Source: Nitrososphaerota archaeon (lineage in GTDB: Archaea > Thermoproteota > Nitrososphaeria_A > Caldarchaeales > Wolframiiraptoraceae). Taken from it: a stretch of DNA of 57,960 nt. Positions 27,097-36,179 of the stretch are shown in pieces. The stretch's first letter is position 1. Every line of letters starts with the position of its first letter. The stretch lies in NCBI GenBank assembly GCA_021163925.1, contig JAGGTD010000013.1, forward strand, positions 1 through 57,960, written 5' to 3'. The position numbers and the translations under genes are program-made. A model generated the notes under the pieces. It did not search any database. It was not told the origin of the DNA and saw only the letters and a program-made list of their open reading frames with translations.

Positions 27097-27477
27097 CTAT
27101 CTCTTAGAGGACTTCCTCAAGCTTTTGCGATAGGATTCGAGAACCCAGTTCTCAAGCTTTGGACAGTTCTCAGGCCTAATCTTTCCCTCCTTCCCACAGA
27201 TATGCTCATATTCGCATGAGAGGCATGGAGCTCCCCTGATGGGATCTAGCTTGACCTCGCGTATGAGGGGGATGAGCCTCCTAGTCCACCTATCCTTCGC
27301 GAACTCCTTAACCCGCTTAACCATCCCCTTCTTCTCAAGCTTGATAGCGATCCTCGACCCCTCCCTACTCGTGACCCCAAGCTTATGCCAAAGCTCCGAT
27401 TGAAGCAGACCCTCCTTCTGATGCTTGAGCAGAAGCCTTATGGCCCTCTCCTCAAGGTTTGTGAGCTTTTGAGGCAA
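27097..27477 (-). CDS. Winged-helix plus four-Cys protein resembling TFE-beta (RPC34/39-like)
   Basis: 126 aa. The N-terminal wHTH (LLQSELWHKLGVTSREGSRIAIKLEKKGMV) is followed by PCLSCEYEHICGKEGKIRPENCPKLENW (C85, C88, C94, C105). This matches my recollection of the Fe-S domain pattern of TFE-beta/hRPC39. Confidence 0.5.
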   Translation of the reverse strand: MPQKLTNLEERAIRLLLKHQKEGLLQSELWHKLGVTSREGSRIAIKLEKKGMVKRVKEFAKDRWTRRLIPLIREVKLDPIRGAPCLSCEYEHICGKEGKIRPENCPKLENWVLESYRKSLRKSSKR

Positions 27478-27522
27478 AAAGCACCCCTCTCGACAATATT
27501 TTCGCTAAGCCCTCTTATATAG

Positions 27523-28350
27523 TCATCGAAAGACTCCATCGACTCCGCCGACATTCCTCAGAATCTCCTTATACCTCCTCCTAAGGGTCACGGGGCTTAT
27601 CCCAGCGATCTTCGCCAACCTCCTCTGGCTCACGCGCATATTGAGGACCTTAGCCGCGATATAGATCGCCGCCGCGGCCATGGGCCTAGAGCTTCTTCCC
27701 TGAGTGAGGTTGAGCCTCTTAGCCATGTCGAGTATGGTGTTCGCGAGGTTCTCAACCCTCCCATCCAAGCCCAAGGATTTGACGAACCTTGAGATGTAGG
27801 CGTCTTGGACTCTCGGAGGATTGAGCCTTAAGCCTAACCTAAGCTTCATACAGCATCTTAAGATCGACTTCTCATCAACTCCAGAGATCGCTGAAAACTC
27901 CCTAACCATCCTCGGAATCCCGTGAATCCTCGCGGCGAGGTAAAGTGAGGCCGCTGGAATAATCCCATACATTTTCTTCGTTAGAAGATCGAGCTTCTCA
28001 ACCCTCCTATAGATTAAGGCGGCGGTCTCCGCGACCACGTTCGGCAGCCCCATGCTTGAGGCCAATCCATGGATTTGAGACAGAACTCTAATCATTCTCC
28101 TATCTTTAGGGCCTCTTCTAACGAGATCTCTCGGAGCTTTCGTGGAGAATCCGAAGTCGTGGAGCAGGGGGGTTAGGGGTGCGCCAACCCTCTCACGCCT
28201 AATCCTATCACCATATCCATAAGCCCTCCACTCAGGTCCCTGACTTGGAAATTTATCCAATACATGGCCGCATACACCACATATTATCTCTCCATTTACT
28301 CTATCCTCGACTATCTCCATGCTCCCGCAGATCGGGCAGACCCTCTCCAA
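27523..28350 (-). CDS. tfb: Transcription initiation factor B (TFIIB homolog)
   Basis: 275 aa. An N-terminal zinc ribbon (CPICGS...CGVCGHV) is followed by two cyclin-like repeats and a C-terminal HTH (AKIAGISPVTLRRRYKEI). Confidence 0.85.
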   Translation of the reverse strand: MERVCPICGSMEIVEDRVNGEIICGVCGHVLDKFPSQGPEWRAYGYGDRIRRERVGAPLTPLLHDFGFSTKAPRDLVRRGPKDRRMIRVLSQIHGLASSMGLPNVVAETAALIYRRVEKLDLLTKKMYGIIPAASLYLAARIHGIPRMVREFSAISGVDEKSILRCCMKLRLGLRLNPPRVQDAYISRFVKSLGLDGRVENLANTILDMAKRLNLTQGRSSRPMAAAAIYIAAKVLNMRVSQRRLAKIAGISPVTLRRRYKEILRNVGGVDGVFR

Positions 28351-28456
28351 TCCACCATGGCCTAAATTCCACGACCTATTAGCTCCATCGAACCAAAGAT
28401 CTTAAGATGTTCTCAAAGTCCTATCCTGAGAGCACCTGAGGATTATCTTGAACCCC

Positions 28457-28696
28457 TCACCTTTCAATTATGTAGAGCGGCTCTCCAATCGAGCACTCCT
28501 CCACCTTCGAGGGCTTAACCTCTATGAAGAACTTGTTCTTCGGCCCAAGTATACTTAAGACTACTCCAACCTCGTTTAGCGATGAGTCATAGACCTTTTC
28601 TCCAAGCCTTGGGAGAAATTCTCCCTCGACGACTATCCGCCCCTCAACTATCCCTCGAATCCTCCCTATCCTTTTCAGCCTCCTCCTTCTCATCAC
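28457..28696 (-). CDS. gar1: H/ACA RNP protein Gar1
   Basis: 79 aa. The pattern LGEKVYDSSLNEVGVVLSILGPKNKFFIEVKP is typical of archaeal Gar1. Confidence 0.8.
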   Translation of the reverse strand: MMRRRRLKRIGRIRGIVEGRIVVEGEFLPRLGEKVYDSSLNEVGVVLSILGPKNKFFIEVKPSKVEECSIGEPLYIIER

Positions 28697-28977
28697 TTCA
28701 TCTCCCTGAGCTTTGATGCGATCAGCTTTATGACCTCGCTCTTCTTCATGGGCTTATCCGGCTCAACCATAACCTTCCCAGTCTTCTGCCACCAAGCCGC
28801 TGGATGGCTTCCCTCCTCGACCACAACCTTCCAGCCCAACTTCTTGGCAGCCGACGCTATCTCCTCCGCGGTTGGATTCTTCACCGCAAGCCTTAATGGA
28901 ACCCTTCTACAGATCGATCGCGAAGCCGAGCTATCGAAGTATATGGGCCATATAATGTATCCCTTTCTCTTAATCAT
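28693..28977 (-). CDS. srp19: Signal recognition particle protein SRP19
   Basis: 94 aa. IWPIYFDSSASRS.CRRVP is the SRP19 signature. Overlaps gar1 by 4 nt. Confidence 0.85.
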   Translation of the reverse strand: MIKRKGYIIWPIYFDSSASRSICRRVPLRLAVKNPTAEEIASAAKKLGWKVVVEEGSHPAAWWQKTGKVMVEPDKPMKKSEVIKLIASKLREMK

Positions 28978-28985
28978 CGAACCAC

Positions 28986-29369
28986 CTACTCGATTAGGAC
29001 CGCGTTAATGACCCCATCCTGTCCAGGCCTTGAGGTCACCCTCGCCTTACCCGCCTCGGTCTCGATTATCGCCCCTCGGGTTATCACCCCTCTCCTCTCA
29101 AGGTCTCTGCTGGCCGGATTCGATAAGACTCTGAGGATCTTGAGTTTCCTCGCGGTCTTGGTCTTCGGATCTAATACGTTCGCATAGGAGTCTGAGGCCA
29201 AGGCATACTTCACCCCACCTCCCCTAGTCCTCTTCTCCTTAACCTTCCGCTCGCCCAAAACCGTTAAGACCGGGTCTCCGCCCCGCTCGTACTTACGCTT
29301 CTTTCTATACGGTCTCTTCCTTCCACCCGTGGGCTTACGCTTATGGAGGTCGCTGTGCCATTGAGGCAT
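28986..29369 (-). CDS. rps8e: 30S ribosomal protein S8e
   Basis: 127 aa. HKRKPTGGR, a basic N-terminus and the RTRGG segment are present. Confidence 0.9.
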   Translation of the reverse strand: MPQWHSDLHKRKPTGGRKRPYRKKRKYERGGDPVLTVLGERKVKEKRTRGGGVKYALASDSYANVLDPKTKTARKLKILRVLSNPASRDLERRGVITRGAIIETEAGKARVTSRPGQDGVINAVLIE

Positions 29370-29397
29370 CTCTAACCGGATATTCCCGCTCCAAGCC

Positions 29398-29407
29398 TAT
29401 ATTAAAA
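29398..29407 (-). promoter_or_regulatory. TATA box upstream of the rps8e-srp19-gar1 unit
   Basis: The minus strand reads TTTTAATATA, centred about 33 nt upstream of the start at 29369. Confidence 0.45.
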
Positions 29408-29478
29408 CCTAAGGAATTCTGTGGAACTTCTCTGGGGAGATGAGATGGCGGTCGAGGAGATCGGATGATCAGCTTTCT

Positions 29479-30030
29479 TCAAATTTTTATGATCTTTCCC
29501 GCAGATTCCTTCTCAGATGACTTGAGCTGGGCTCTTATCCTCCGCCTTATCGCGGCTGGATTGTTCTCGACTCCGAAGAGGTCTGCGAAGAGCTGGCTCG
29601 TCCTCAAGATCAGGGTTCTACCAGATTTCTCGGCGTCTATCAGCCCCTTCTCCAGCAAGATCTTCACATGCTTGTAGGCCGCCCCACCTCTCATCGCTGC
29701 GACCCTGCTCTGCTCGATCGGCTGATGGTAGGCTATGAAGGATAAGGTTCTCATAACGCCCCTGCTTAGAACAGGCTTCTTGATCAGCCTCCTCACCAGC
29801 TCCATATACTCCCGCCTAAGCTTGAGATAATATCTATCTCCCGGAAGCTCCAACAGCTCTAAGGCTCTTCCATTATTCTCATAGTCTTTCTTGAGCTCTT
29901 CTATGGCCTTGAGGACGCGCTTCTTGGATCTGGTCTCACACGCCCTCATGATCATTCTCAGATGGATCGGCCTCGCCGATGCGTAGAGTATCGCCTCGAC
30001 CCTTGCCTTAAGCTCTCCCAGATCCTCCAA
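29479..30030 (-). CDS. scpB: Segregation and condensation protein B
   Basis: 183 aa. VEAILYAS..PI and tandem winged-helix patterns (SRGVMRTLSFIAYHQPI...). Overlaps scpA by 23 nt. Confidence 0.8.
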   Translation of the reverse strand: MEDLGELKARVEAILYASARPIHLRMIMRACETRSKKRVLKAIEELKKDYENNGRALELLELPGDRYYLKLRREYMELVRRLIKKPVLSRGVMRTLSFIAYHQPIEQSRVAAMRGGAAYKHVKILLEKGLIDAEKSGRTLILRTSQLFADLFGVENNPAAIRRRIRAQLKSSEKESAGKIIKI

Positions 30031-30658
30031 TCCACCTCACCCCTATCAACCTCATCTCATCATCTTGAATGAACTCCACCAACCCCCTAGCGGCCGTGAA
30101 GAGGAGTAGGATGAACCTCCTAGCTATCTCATGTCTATCGCCATCTTCTATAAGCTCTGAGATTGGGATGAACTCGCGGCCATCAAACCTCCTCCTCAGA
30201 GATGAGATGAAGTTTTCAAGCTCCTCCTCAAGCTTAACCAAGAACTCATCGAACTTAACATCAAATCCCTCGAGCGGCGGCCTCTCCTCCTTAACCGCCT
30301 TCTCCTTGCTCCTCATTAGGAGCTTTTGAAGCGCCTCAACCAGCTCATTCATGGTAGTGATCATGAAGTCTGGGATCAATGGTAGGTTGACCGGCGGAGG
30401 GAGAACCATGTTCGGCCTCTCCCTAGGAGTTCTCGGAACATCGAGCTTCAATAATCGCTCCGTCTTCATCCTATGAATTGTTGCGGCGGAGTATGCCGCC
30501 ACTCCACATGAGTGAAAGTCTATTAGCCCGATGGTCTTAAGCTCCTTCATCAGGGATTCGATTATCTCCGCGAGCTTTATCTGCCATGGCTTAACCCTCT
30601 CAAGCCTCGTGACGTCGAATAGGATCCTCCACTCCGGATTATCCCAGATGGTTATCAT
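30008..30658 (-). CDS. scpA: Segregation and condensation protein A (kleisin)
   Basis: 216 aa. The N-terminal helical region and the C-terminal winged helix (ARRFILLLFTAARGLVEFIQDDE) are present. It lies 10 nt downstream of smc. Confidence 0.75.
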   Translation of the reverse strand: MITIWDNPEWRILFDVTRLERVKPWQIKLAEIIESLMKELKTIGLIDFHSCGVAAYSAATIHRMKTERLLKLDVPRTPRERPNMVLPPPVNLPLIPDFMITTMNELVEALQKLLMRSKEKAVKEERPPLEGFDVKFDEFLVKLEEELENFISSLRRRFDGREFIPISELIEDGDRHEIARRFILLLFTAARGLVEFIQDDEMRLIGVRWIGGSGRA

Positions 30659-30668
30659 GGATTTATTC

Positions 30669-33600
30669 TCAGCCAGCCTTAACCACCTCCTCGAGCTTAA
30701 GCTTCACCACCCTCGATTCGCCACTCCTATTATAGACTCCGATCAATTGATCCGCCTTCTCGGCCATGACATCCTTCAAGCTTATCACTATTATCTGAGT
30801 CTTCTCAGCCATCTCCTTGAAGAGCTCAGCCAACCTCCTACTATATTGTAGGTCCATGTGGGCGTCGATCTCATCGAAGATGTAGAAGTCCGCCGGCGTC
30901 AAGCCTTGGAGGGCTAGGAGTAGGGCGGCCGCCGCAACCGACTTCTCCCCGCCGCTTGCAGCCCTAACGCTTCTCGCGGATTTTCCTGGGAATCTCAGAA
31001 TCATCTCGACCCCGCCGCTGAATGGGTCGTTTGGGTTCTCAAGTCTAAGCCATCCCTGCCCACCCGTCAGCCTGTTGAAGAAGACTTCGAATGCCTCTGC
31101 AACCTTGTCGAATGTTTCGAGGAAGACTCTCTTCTTCTCCCCCTCGACCCACTCTATGAACTTGATTATCTTCTCCCTCTCCTCCTCAAGCTCCCTAATC
31201 CTAATAGACCTCAGCTTATAGTTTTGGATGAGTTCCTCATATTGGGCTGGGGCGAGCTGATTGATCATCTCAAGCTCCTTAAGCTCCTCCCCCAACCCTG
31301 CCAAGATCTTCCCCAATAGTTCTTGGTCGAATTCCGGTAGCTCAAGCTCTTGGCCTCCGAGCTCCTCAAGCCCCTCCCTCAGCCTACTGAGCTCTGCTTC
31401 AAGCTGAGCTCTCCTAACCCTTAGCGACCCCATCCTCGATGATAGGCTCTGATACTCTGCCCCGATTTCATCGAGCTCGTGTGCGTATTCTCTGAGCTTA
31501 TGCGAATAACTGCTTATCTTCTCCGACAAATTCTTCGAGAGGCTTATCAGCTCGCTTAGCTCGGCGTTCTTCCTCTCAAGTTCCTCCTCAAGCTTCTCCA
31601 AGATCTTGGTGTTCCTCTCATTCTCCATCAACGCATCTCCCGACTCATGGTCAAGTCTCCGCATCCGCTCCTCTAGCCTGATCTTTTCCTCCATAAGCTT
31701 CCTCTTAGAATCTTCAAGTCTCTCAAGATGCTTCTTAACCTGCGTTAACATGGTCTCCATCTCAACCCTCCTCACCCTCACCTCCTCGTACTCCGTTCTC
31801 TTAGAGTCCACCTCTTCCCTAAGCCTCTCAACGATCTCCTCTTCCTTCTCAAGCTCATCCATCCTCAACCTCTCCATAGATTCCTCGGCATCCGTCCTCC
31901 TCTTCTCAGCCTCTAGGATCTCAGCCTCCATCTCCTTCATCCTCGAATAGACCTCGATCTCCCTTAGAATCGCTTCTGAGGCTGAGACATATTCGCTCCA
32001 AGCTTCTTGCGCAAGCCTCTCCTTCTCGGCCTCCAATTCCACGATCTCCCTCTCGTAGTCTTGGATGATTTTGCCGAACTCCTTGGCCTCTTCCTCAAGC
32101 TTCATCACCTCTCTCTTTACTTGCTCTAAGATCTTGATCGACCTCAGATATTCTCTCGTCAAGAGACTTTCAAGCAACGCCCCCCTACCCGGATTCACCT
32201 CTACCCTCAGGTCTGGGTGGATCACTAGGCTTGAAGACACGATTTTCTCCCCTATTCTCGGAATCTTGACGCCGAGGTCGAATCTAACCCCTCTCAAGAG
32301 ATATGCCAACGCCTTCTCAGCCCAATCAGACCTAAACCTTAGCTTCATGGACCTCGATCTTCTAGATCCGCCGCACATCTCAGCGACGTTCAACGGCAAT
32401 AGCTTCAAACTTATTCCAGAGTCTCTGAGGATCTCGGCAAGTCTTAAGGCGAGGTTGAGGTCTTGGACTATGAGGGCGTGTATCCATCCATCGGTCGCAG
32501 CCTCGAGCATCTCGAAAACCTTCTCATCGGCTTCGATCACGTCATCTAGGAATCCATAGACTCCATTAATTCCAGCCGATCTAATCTCTTCGAGGAGCGC
32601 CTCTCTTCTCCTAATCCCCTTTATCAATCCTGAGAGGCTGACCTTCTTGAGAAGCTCATCGAGCTCTATCTCAAGCTTCCTAGCAGCCTTAAGCCTGCTG
32701 AGGCTCCCTTCGAGCTTCAGCCTAGATTCTCGGAGTCTTTCCCTAACACTCCTTACATTTTCATCGATACTGCATAATCTTTTGAGACACTCCGCCACCC
32801 TAAGCATGTTCTTCGCCGACTTATTGGATAGCTGATCCAGTTCCCTCTCCGAGTCTTTGATGAATCGCTTGAGTTGCTCGACCTCGGCTTGAGCTTCAGC
32901 CACCCTCGCCTCCAACTCCCTCAGCTCTCTCTGAACAATCTTCCTCCTCTGATTTAGGTCGGAGGTCTTTCGCCTAAAGGCTTCTTCAGCAACCTCGAGT
33001 TCCTCCCCCTTCCGTCTCTCCAGCTCCTTAACCTTGCTAAACTCTGTCTTCAAGGTCTCCAGGGATGTTCTCGACTTCTTAATCTCATCGTCGATGGCCA
33101 TGATCCTTTGATCTATGGCCTTCAACCGCTCCTCGATGTATGATCGCTCATCCGAGATCCTCCGAATCCTCTCGTCCATGACGGAGATCGCTGTGTTCAG
33201 CCGGCCTATTTCAGAGGCTATCTTCTCCCTCTCGCGTTTGAGTCCATCGATCTTTGCCTCAAACTCCTTCAGCCTACGCGAGTCCTCTTCCCACCTCTCC
33301 TCAAGAGCCCTCTTCTCTTCAAGGATCCTCGATCGCTTAGAGTTGAGCTCATTTAACTTCTCCTCAAGCTCCATCAACTCTTTATCTATCGACGATAGCT
33401 CCGGCTCCAGCTGCTCTATTCCCCTCTTGAACTTAAGGGACTTTATCGAGTTCAAAAATCTCTCGACGTGAATCCTCCTATATGCTTGGTTGCGCTCCTT
33501 TTGAAGCTGCTTAACCCTGAGCTTGACCTCGCCCGTGCTGGCCTTCGCTATCGCGAGATTCTTCTCGGCTATTGCGAGCTGCTCCTCCGCCTCCTCCCTC

Positions 33601-34112
33601 CTCCTCTCATAGTCGCTTATCCCAGATATGTCCTCGATCATCTTCCTAAGCTCGCTTCCACCCATCTCGGCTATCTCGATGACCGATCCCTGCGGGACTA
33701 TGTTGAATCCAGATGGCTTTATGTTCGCCATCGAGAGGATCGTTAAAAGCTCATTCCTCGAAACCTGCCTCCCATTGAGGAAGTATGTGCTCTCACCGCT
33801 CCGATCTATCCTCCTAGCCACCGTAACCTCGGGTGAGTTTATCGGCAAGACCCTCTCAGAGTTGTCTAAGGTTATCGAGACCCTCGCGTAGTTTGTCCTA
33901 GGATCATCATGGATGAGCTCGGCCATCCTGCCAACTCTTAGGTTGTGGGCGCTGAGCTCGCCTAAGGCGAATCTTATGGCGTCCATGACATTCGACTTCC
34001 CGCCCCCATTAGGCCCCGTTATCACCATGAACCCCTTCTCTAGGGTTATCGAGGTCCTTCTAGGCCCGAATGACTTGAATCCCTGGATCGTCAGCCTCTT
34101 TATGAAGACCAT
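30669..34112 (-). CDS. smc: Chromosome segregation ATPase SMC
   Basis: 1147 aa. It has an N-terminal Walker A (GPNGGGKSN), two long heptad-rich coiled coils around a hinge (GVYGFLDDVI...), and a C-terminal signature SGGEKS with Walker B FYIFDEIDAHMD. Confidence 0.9.
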   Translation of the reverse strand: MVFIKRLTIQGFKSFGPRRTSITLEKGFMVITGPNGGGKSNVMDAIRFALGELSAHNLRVGRMAELIHDDPRTNYARVSITLDNSERVLPINSPEVTVARRIDRSGESTYFLNGRQVSRNELLTILSMANIKPSGFNIVPQGSVIEIAEMGGSELRKMIEDISGISDYERRREEAEEQLAIAEKNLAIAKASTGEVKLRVKQLQKERNQAYRRIHVERFLNSIKSLKFKRGIEQLEPELSSIDKELMELEEKLNELNSKRSRILEEKRALEERWEEDSRRLKEFEAKIDGLKREREKIASEIGRLNTAISVMDERIRRISDERSYIEERLKAIDQRIMAIDDEIKKSRTSLETLKTEFSKVKELERRKGEELEVAEEAFRRKTSDLNQRRKIVQRELRELEARVAEAQAEVEQLKRFIKDSERELDQLSNKSAKNMLRVAECLKRLCSIDENVRSVRERLRESRLKLEGSLSRLKAARKLEIELDELLKKVSLSGLIKGIRRREALLEEIRSAGINGVYGFLDDVIEADEKVFEMLEAATDGWIHALIVQDLNLALRLAEILRDSGISLKLLPLNVAEMCGGSRRSRSMKLRFRSDWAEKALAYLLRGVRFDLGVKIPRIGEKIVSSSLVIHPDLRVEVNPGRGALLESLLTREYLRSIKILEQVKREVMKLEEEAKEFGKIIQDYEREIVELEAEKERLAQEAWSEYVSASEAILREIEVYSRMKEMEAEILEAEKRRTDAEESMERLRMDELEKEEEIVERLREEVDSKRTEYEEVRVRRVEMETMLTQVKKHLERLEDSKRKLMEEKIRLEERMRRLDHESGDALMENERNTKILEKLEEELERKNAELSELISLSKNLSEKISSYSHKLREYAHELDEIGAEYQSLSSRMGSLRVRRAQLEAELSRLREGLEELGGQELELPEFDQELLGKILAGLGEELKELEMINQLAPAQYEELIQNYKLRSIRIRELEEEREKIIKFIEWVEGEKKRVFLETFDKVAEAFEVFFNRLTGGQGWLRLENPNDPFSGGVEMILRFPGKSARSVRAASGGEKSVAAAALLLALQGLTPADFYIFDEIDAHMDLQYSRRLAELFKEMAEKTQIIVISLKDVMAEKADQLIGVYNRSGESRVVKLKLEEVVKAG

Positions 34113-34248
34113 CTCTTGGTTACGGCTAATGGGTTGAGCAAGGTGTTAAAGTGTTTTCATCGAGGCCGCTTAAAGTCATACCTAAAAGTTTTCTAAGTAT
34201 TTCCAAGCCCTTGGCCTCAGCCTTAAATAAGCTTTATGTATAGTTGGT

Positions 34249-35340
34249 TTGGACGAGATGAGCGGCGTGTGGAAGAATAGGATTAGTAGGTTGATGGACT
34301 TAATCCAAGAGAATGAGCTCTCAGCGGTCTTAATATGCTCCAAGGCGAACATCTTCTACTTCACGGGTTATAGGGGACCTGGATACCTCTTAGTGCCGTT
34401 GAATGGGGAGCCGAAGCTCTACGTCTATCCACTTGACTTTGAGGCCGCTAAAACCTATGTTCGAGGGGGGATTGAGGTCGAGGAGCTCAGCATGACGGCT
34501 AGGGTGGAGAACGTGATCGAGGGTCTCCCAGAGGAGGTCAAGTCTAGACTTGGATTCGACTCCCTAAATGCGGAGGATTACTTGAGGCTCTCAGCATTAT
34601 TGAGCCATGAATCCCTCAAGCCAGCCTCGGAGATAGTCTGGAAGCTCAGGATGATCAAGGATAGATCGGAGATAGAGAATATCGAGAGGGCGTGCGATAT
34701 AGCGTCGAAGGCCATGGACTTGGCGAGCGAGATGCTCGAAGATGGGGTGATGGAGTCGGAGGTTAAGGCGGAGGTCTTGGAGGAGATGTTCAAGCTTGGA
34801 GCCGATGGAGCAGCCTTCGACATAATCGTGGCCTCAGGATCTAGGTCATCTATGCCTCATGGAGCTCCTGGAAGCAGGGTTATGAGGGAGGGAGATGTCG
34901 TCGTCGTGGATCTTGGAGCGGTCTTCGAGGGATATTGCTCAGATATGACTAGAACCTTCTATATAGGTGAGAATCCACCCGAAGAAGTTTTGAAGATCTA
35001 TGAGATGGTCTTAGAAGCTAAGAACCTCGCCGAGGAATCCGTAAAGCCCTGGACCCTCTCATCAGCCCTCTACGATAAAGTCTATGATAGACTCGCCGCG
35101 ATGGGATACGCCGACCGCTTCATCCACGGCTTGGGCCATGGGGTTGGGATAGAGATTCACGAGCCTCCCAAAATCTCGAAGATCGGCAAAGAGATGATTC
35201 AAGAGAATATGGTCATAACCATCGAGCCCGGAATCTATCTCCCGGGGAAGTTTGGGGTTAGGCTTGAGGATACCTTGCTGGTCGAGAAGGATGGTGTGAG
35301 AAAGTTGACCTCAGCCCCCTACACGTTAACCCCGTATTAG
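34249..35340 (+). CDS. pepQ: Xaa-Pro dipeptidase / aminopeptidase P (M24B)
   Basis: 363 aa. M24 metal ligands are present in VVVDLGA, CSDMTRT, HGLGHGVGIEIHE, ITIEPG and RLED. The start is TTG 34249 or ATG 34258. Confidence 0.85.
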   Translation: MDEMSGVWKNRISRLMDLIQENELSAVLICSKANIFYFTGYRGPGYLLVPLNGEPKLYVYPLDFEAAKTYVRGGIEVEELSMTARVENVIEGLPEEVKSRLGFDSLNAEDYLRLSALLSHESLKPASEIVWKLRMIKDRSEIENIERACDIASKAMDLASEMLEDGVMESEVKAEVLEEMFKLGADGAAFDIIVASGSRSSMPHGAPGSRVMREGDVVVVDLGAVFEGYCSDMTRTFYIGENPPEEVLKIYEMVLEAKNLAEESVKPWTLSSALYDKVYDRLAAMGYADRFIHGLGHGVGIEIHEPPKISKIGKEMIQENMVITIEPGIYLPGKFGVRLEDTLLVEKDGVRKLTSAPYTLTPY

Positions 35341-35351
35341 GGTGAAGGAGA

Positions 35352-36140
35352 TTATACGCCGAACCTCCTCTGCCTCTTCTGATAGATTCTAATAGCTCTC
35401 ATCAAGTCTATCTTCCTAAACTCAGGCCAATAGACATCTAGGAATACTAGCTCGCTATAAGCCGACTGCCATAGGAGGAAGTTGCTTATCCTCTCCTCAC
35501 CCGAGGTCCTTATGATCATATCTGGCTCATGGTTTGGGATATCCGACGTGTAGAGATATCTTTCTAAGATGGTTTCATCGATCTCATCGACCTTCACCTT
35601 TCCAGCCAATACATCTTTAATGAGGTTCTTCGATGCATCAACTATCTCAGCCCTCCCACCATAGGCGACCGCCAAGTTGAGATATAGGTTGTTGTATTTT
35701 GAGGTCGCCTCCTCAAGCTTTTCAAGAGCATCTCTAACATCTCTCGGCAACAAATCCTTTCTCCCTATCACCTTAACCCTGATCCCATGCTTGTGGAGCC
35801 TCTCATCATTTACATATTCTAAGCTCTTCTCCTTCAGCAACCTGAATATCTCCTCCAGCTCTCTCTTAGATCTCTTGAAGTTTTCAGTCGATAAAGCATA
35901 GATCGTTATCACCTTTATCCCAAGATTTATGCACCAATCGATGAGCTCATCCACCTTCTCCGCTCCAAACCTGTGGCCTAGCCATGGATATAACCCCTTC
36001 TTCCTCGCCCACCTCCTATTTCCATCCATGATCACCGCTATGTGAATTGGGATCTCACCCTTCTTAATGGTCTCCTCAAGCCACTTCTCATATAATTTGT
36101 AGACTCCAAAGATTTTCAGCAATTTTTCGAGGATCTGCAT
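35352..36140 (-). CDS. uppS: Undecaprenyl-diphosphate synthase-type cis-prenyltransferase
   Basis: 262 aa. HIAVIMDGNRRWA, the YALSTENF segment, IRTSGE.RISNFLLWQ and a RRFG C-terminus are present. Confidence 0.9.
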   Translation of the reverse strand: MQILEKLLKIFGVYKLYEKWLEETIKKGEIPIHIAVIMDGNRRWARKKGLYPWLGHRFGAEKVDELIDWCINLGIKVITIYALSTENFKRSKRELEEIFRLLKEKSLEYVNDERLHKHGIRVKVIGRKDLLPRDVRDALEKLEEATSKYNNLYLNLAVAYGGRAEIVDASKNLIKDVLAGKVKVDEIDETILERYLYTSDIPNHEPDMIIRTSGEERISNFLLWQSAYSELVFLDVYWPEFRKIDLMRAIRIYQKRQRRFGV

Positions 36141-36179
36141 CGAGATGGATGTTGAGGTGCTCGATAATAAACTTAATTT

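Noticed and set aside
28423-28443. A hairpin, ATCCTGAG-agcac-CTGAGGAT, between the gar1 stop and the tfb start.
   Set aside because: It is an 8-bp stem with a central G-G mismatch and no flanking T-tract. It could be a minor terminator or operator, but it is too weak to call.
31606-33891. A series of Ser/Leu-rich ORFs of 62-164 aa on the plus strand inside smc (for example 31606-31950, 32065-32559, 33115-33471). Similar ORFs lie opposite the coiled-coil gene (37370-37579).
   Set aside because: They are the antisense reading of GAG/AAG/CTC-rich coiled-coil codons. The sequences are low-complexity with no motifs, and they lie entirely within a high-confidence gene.
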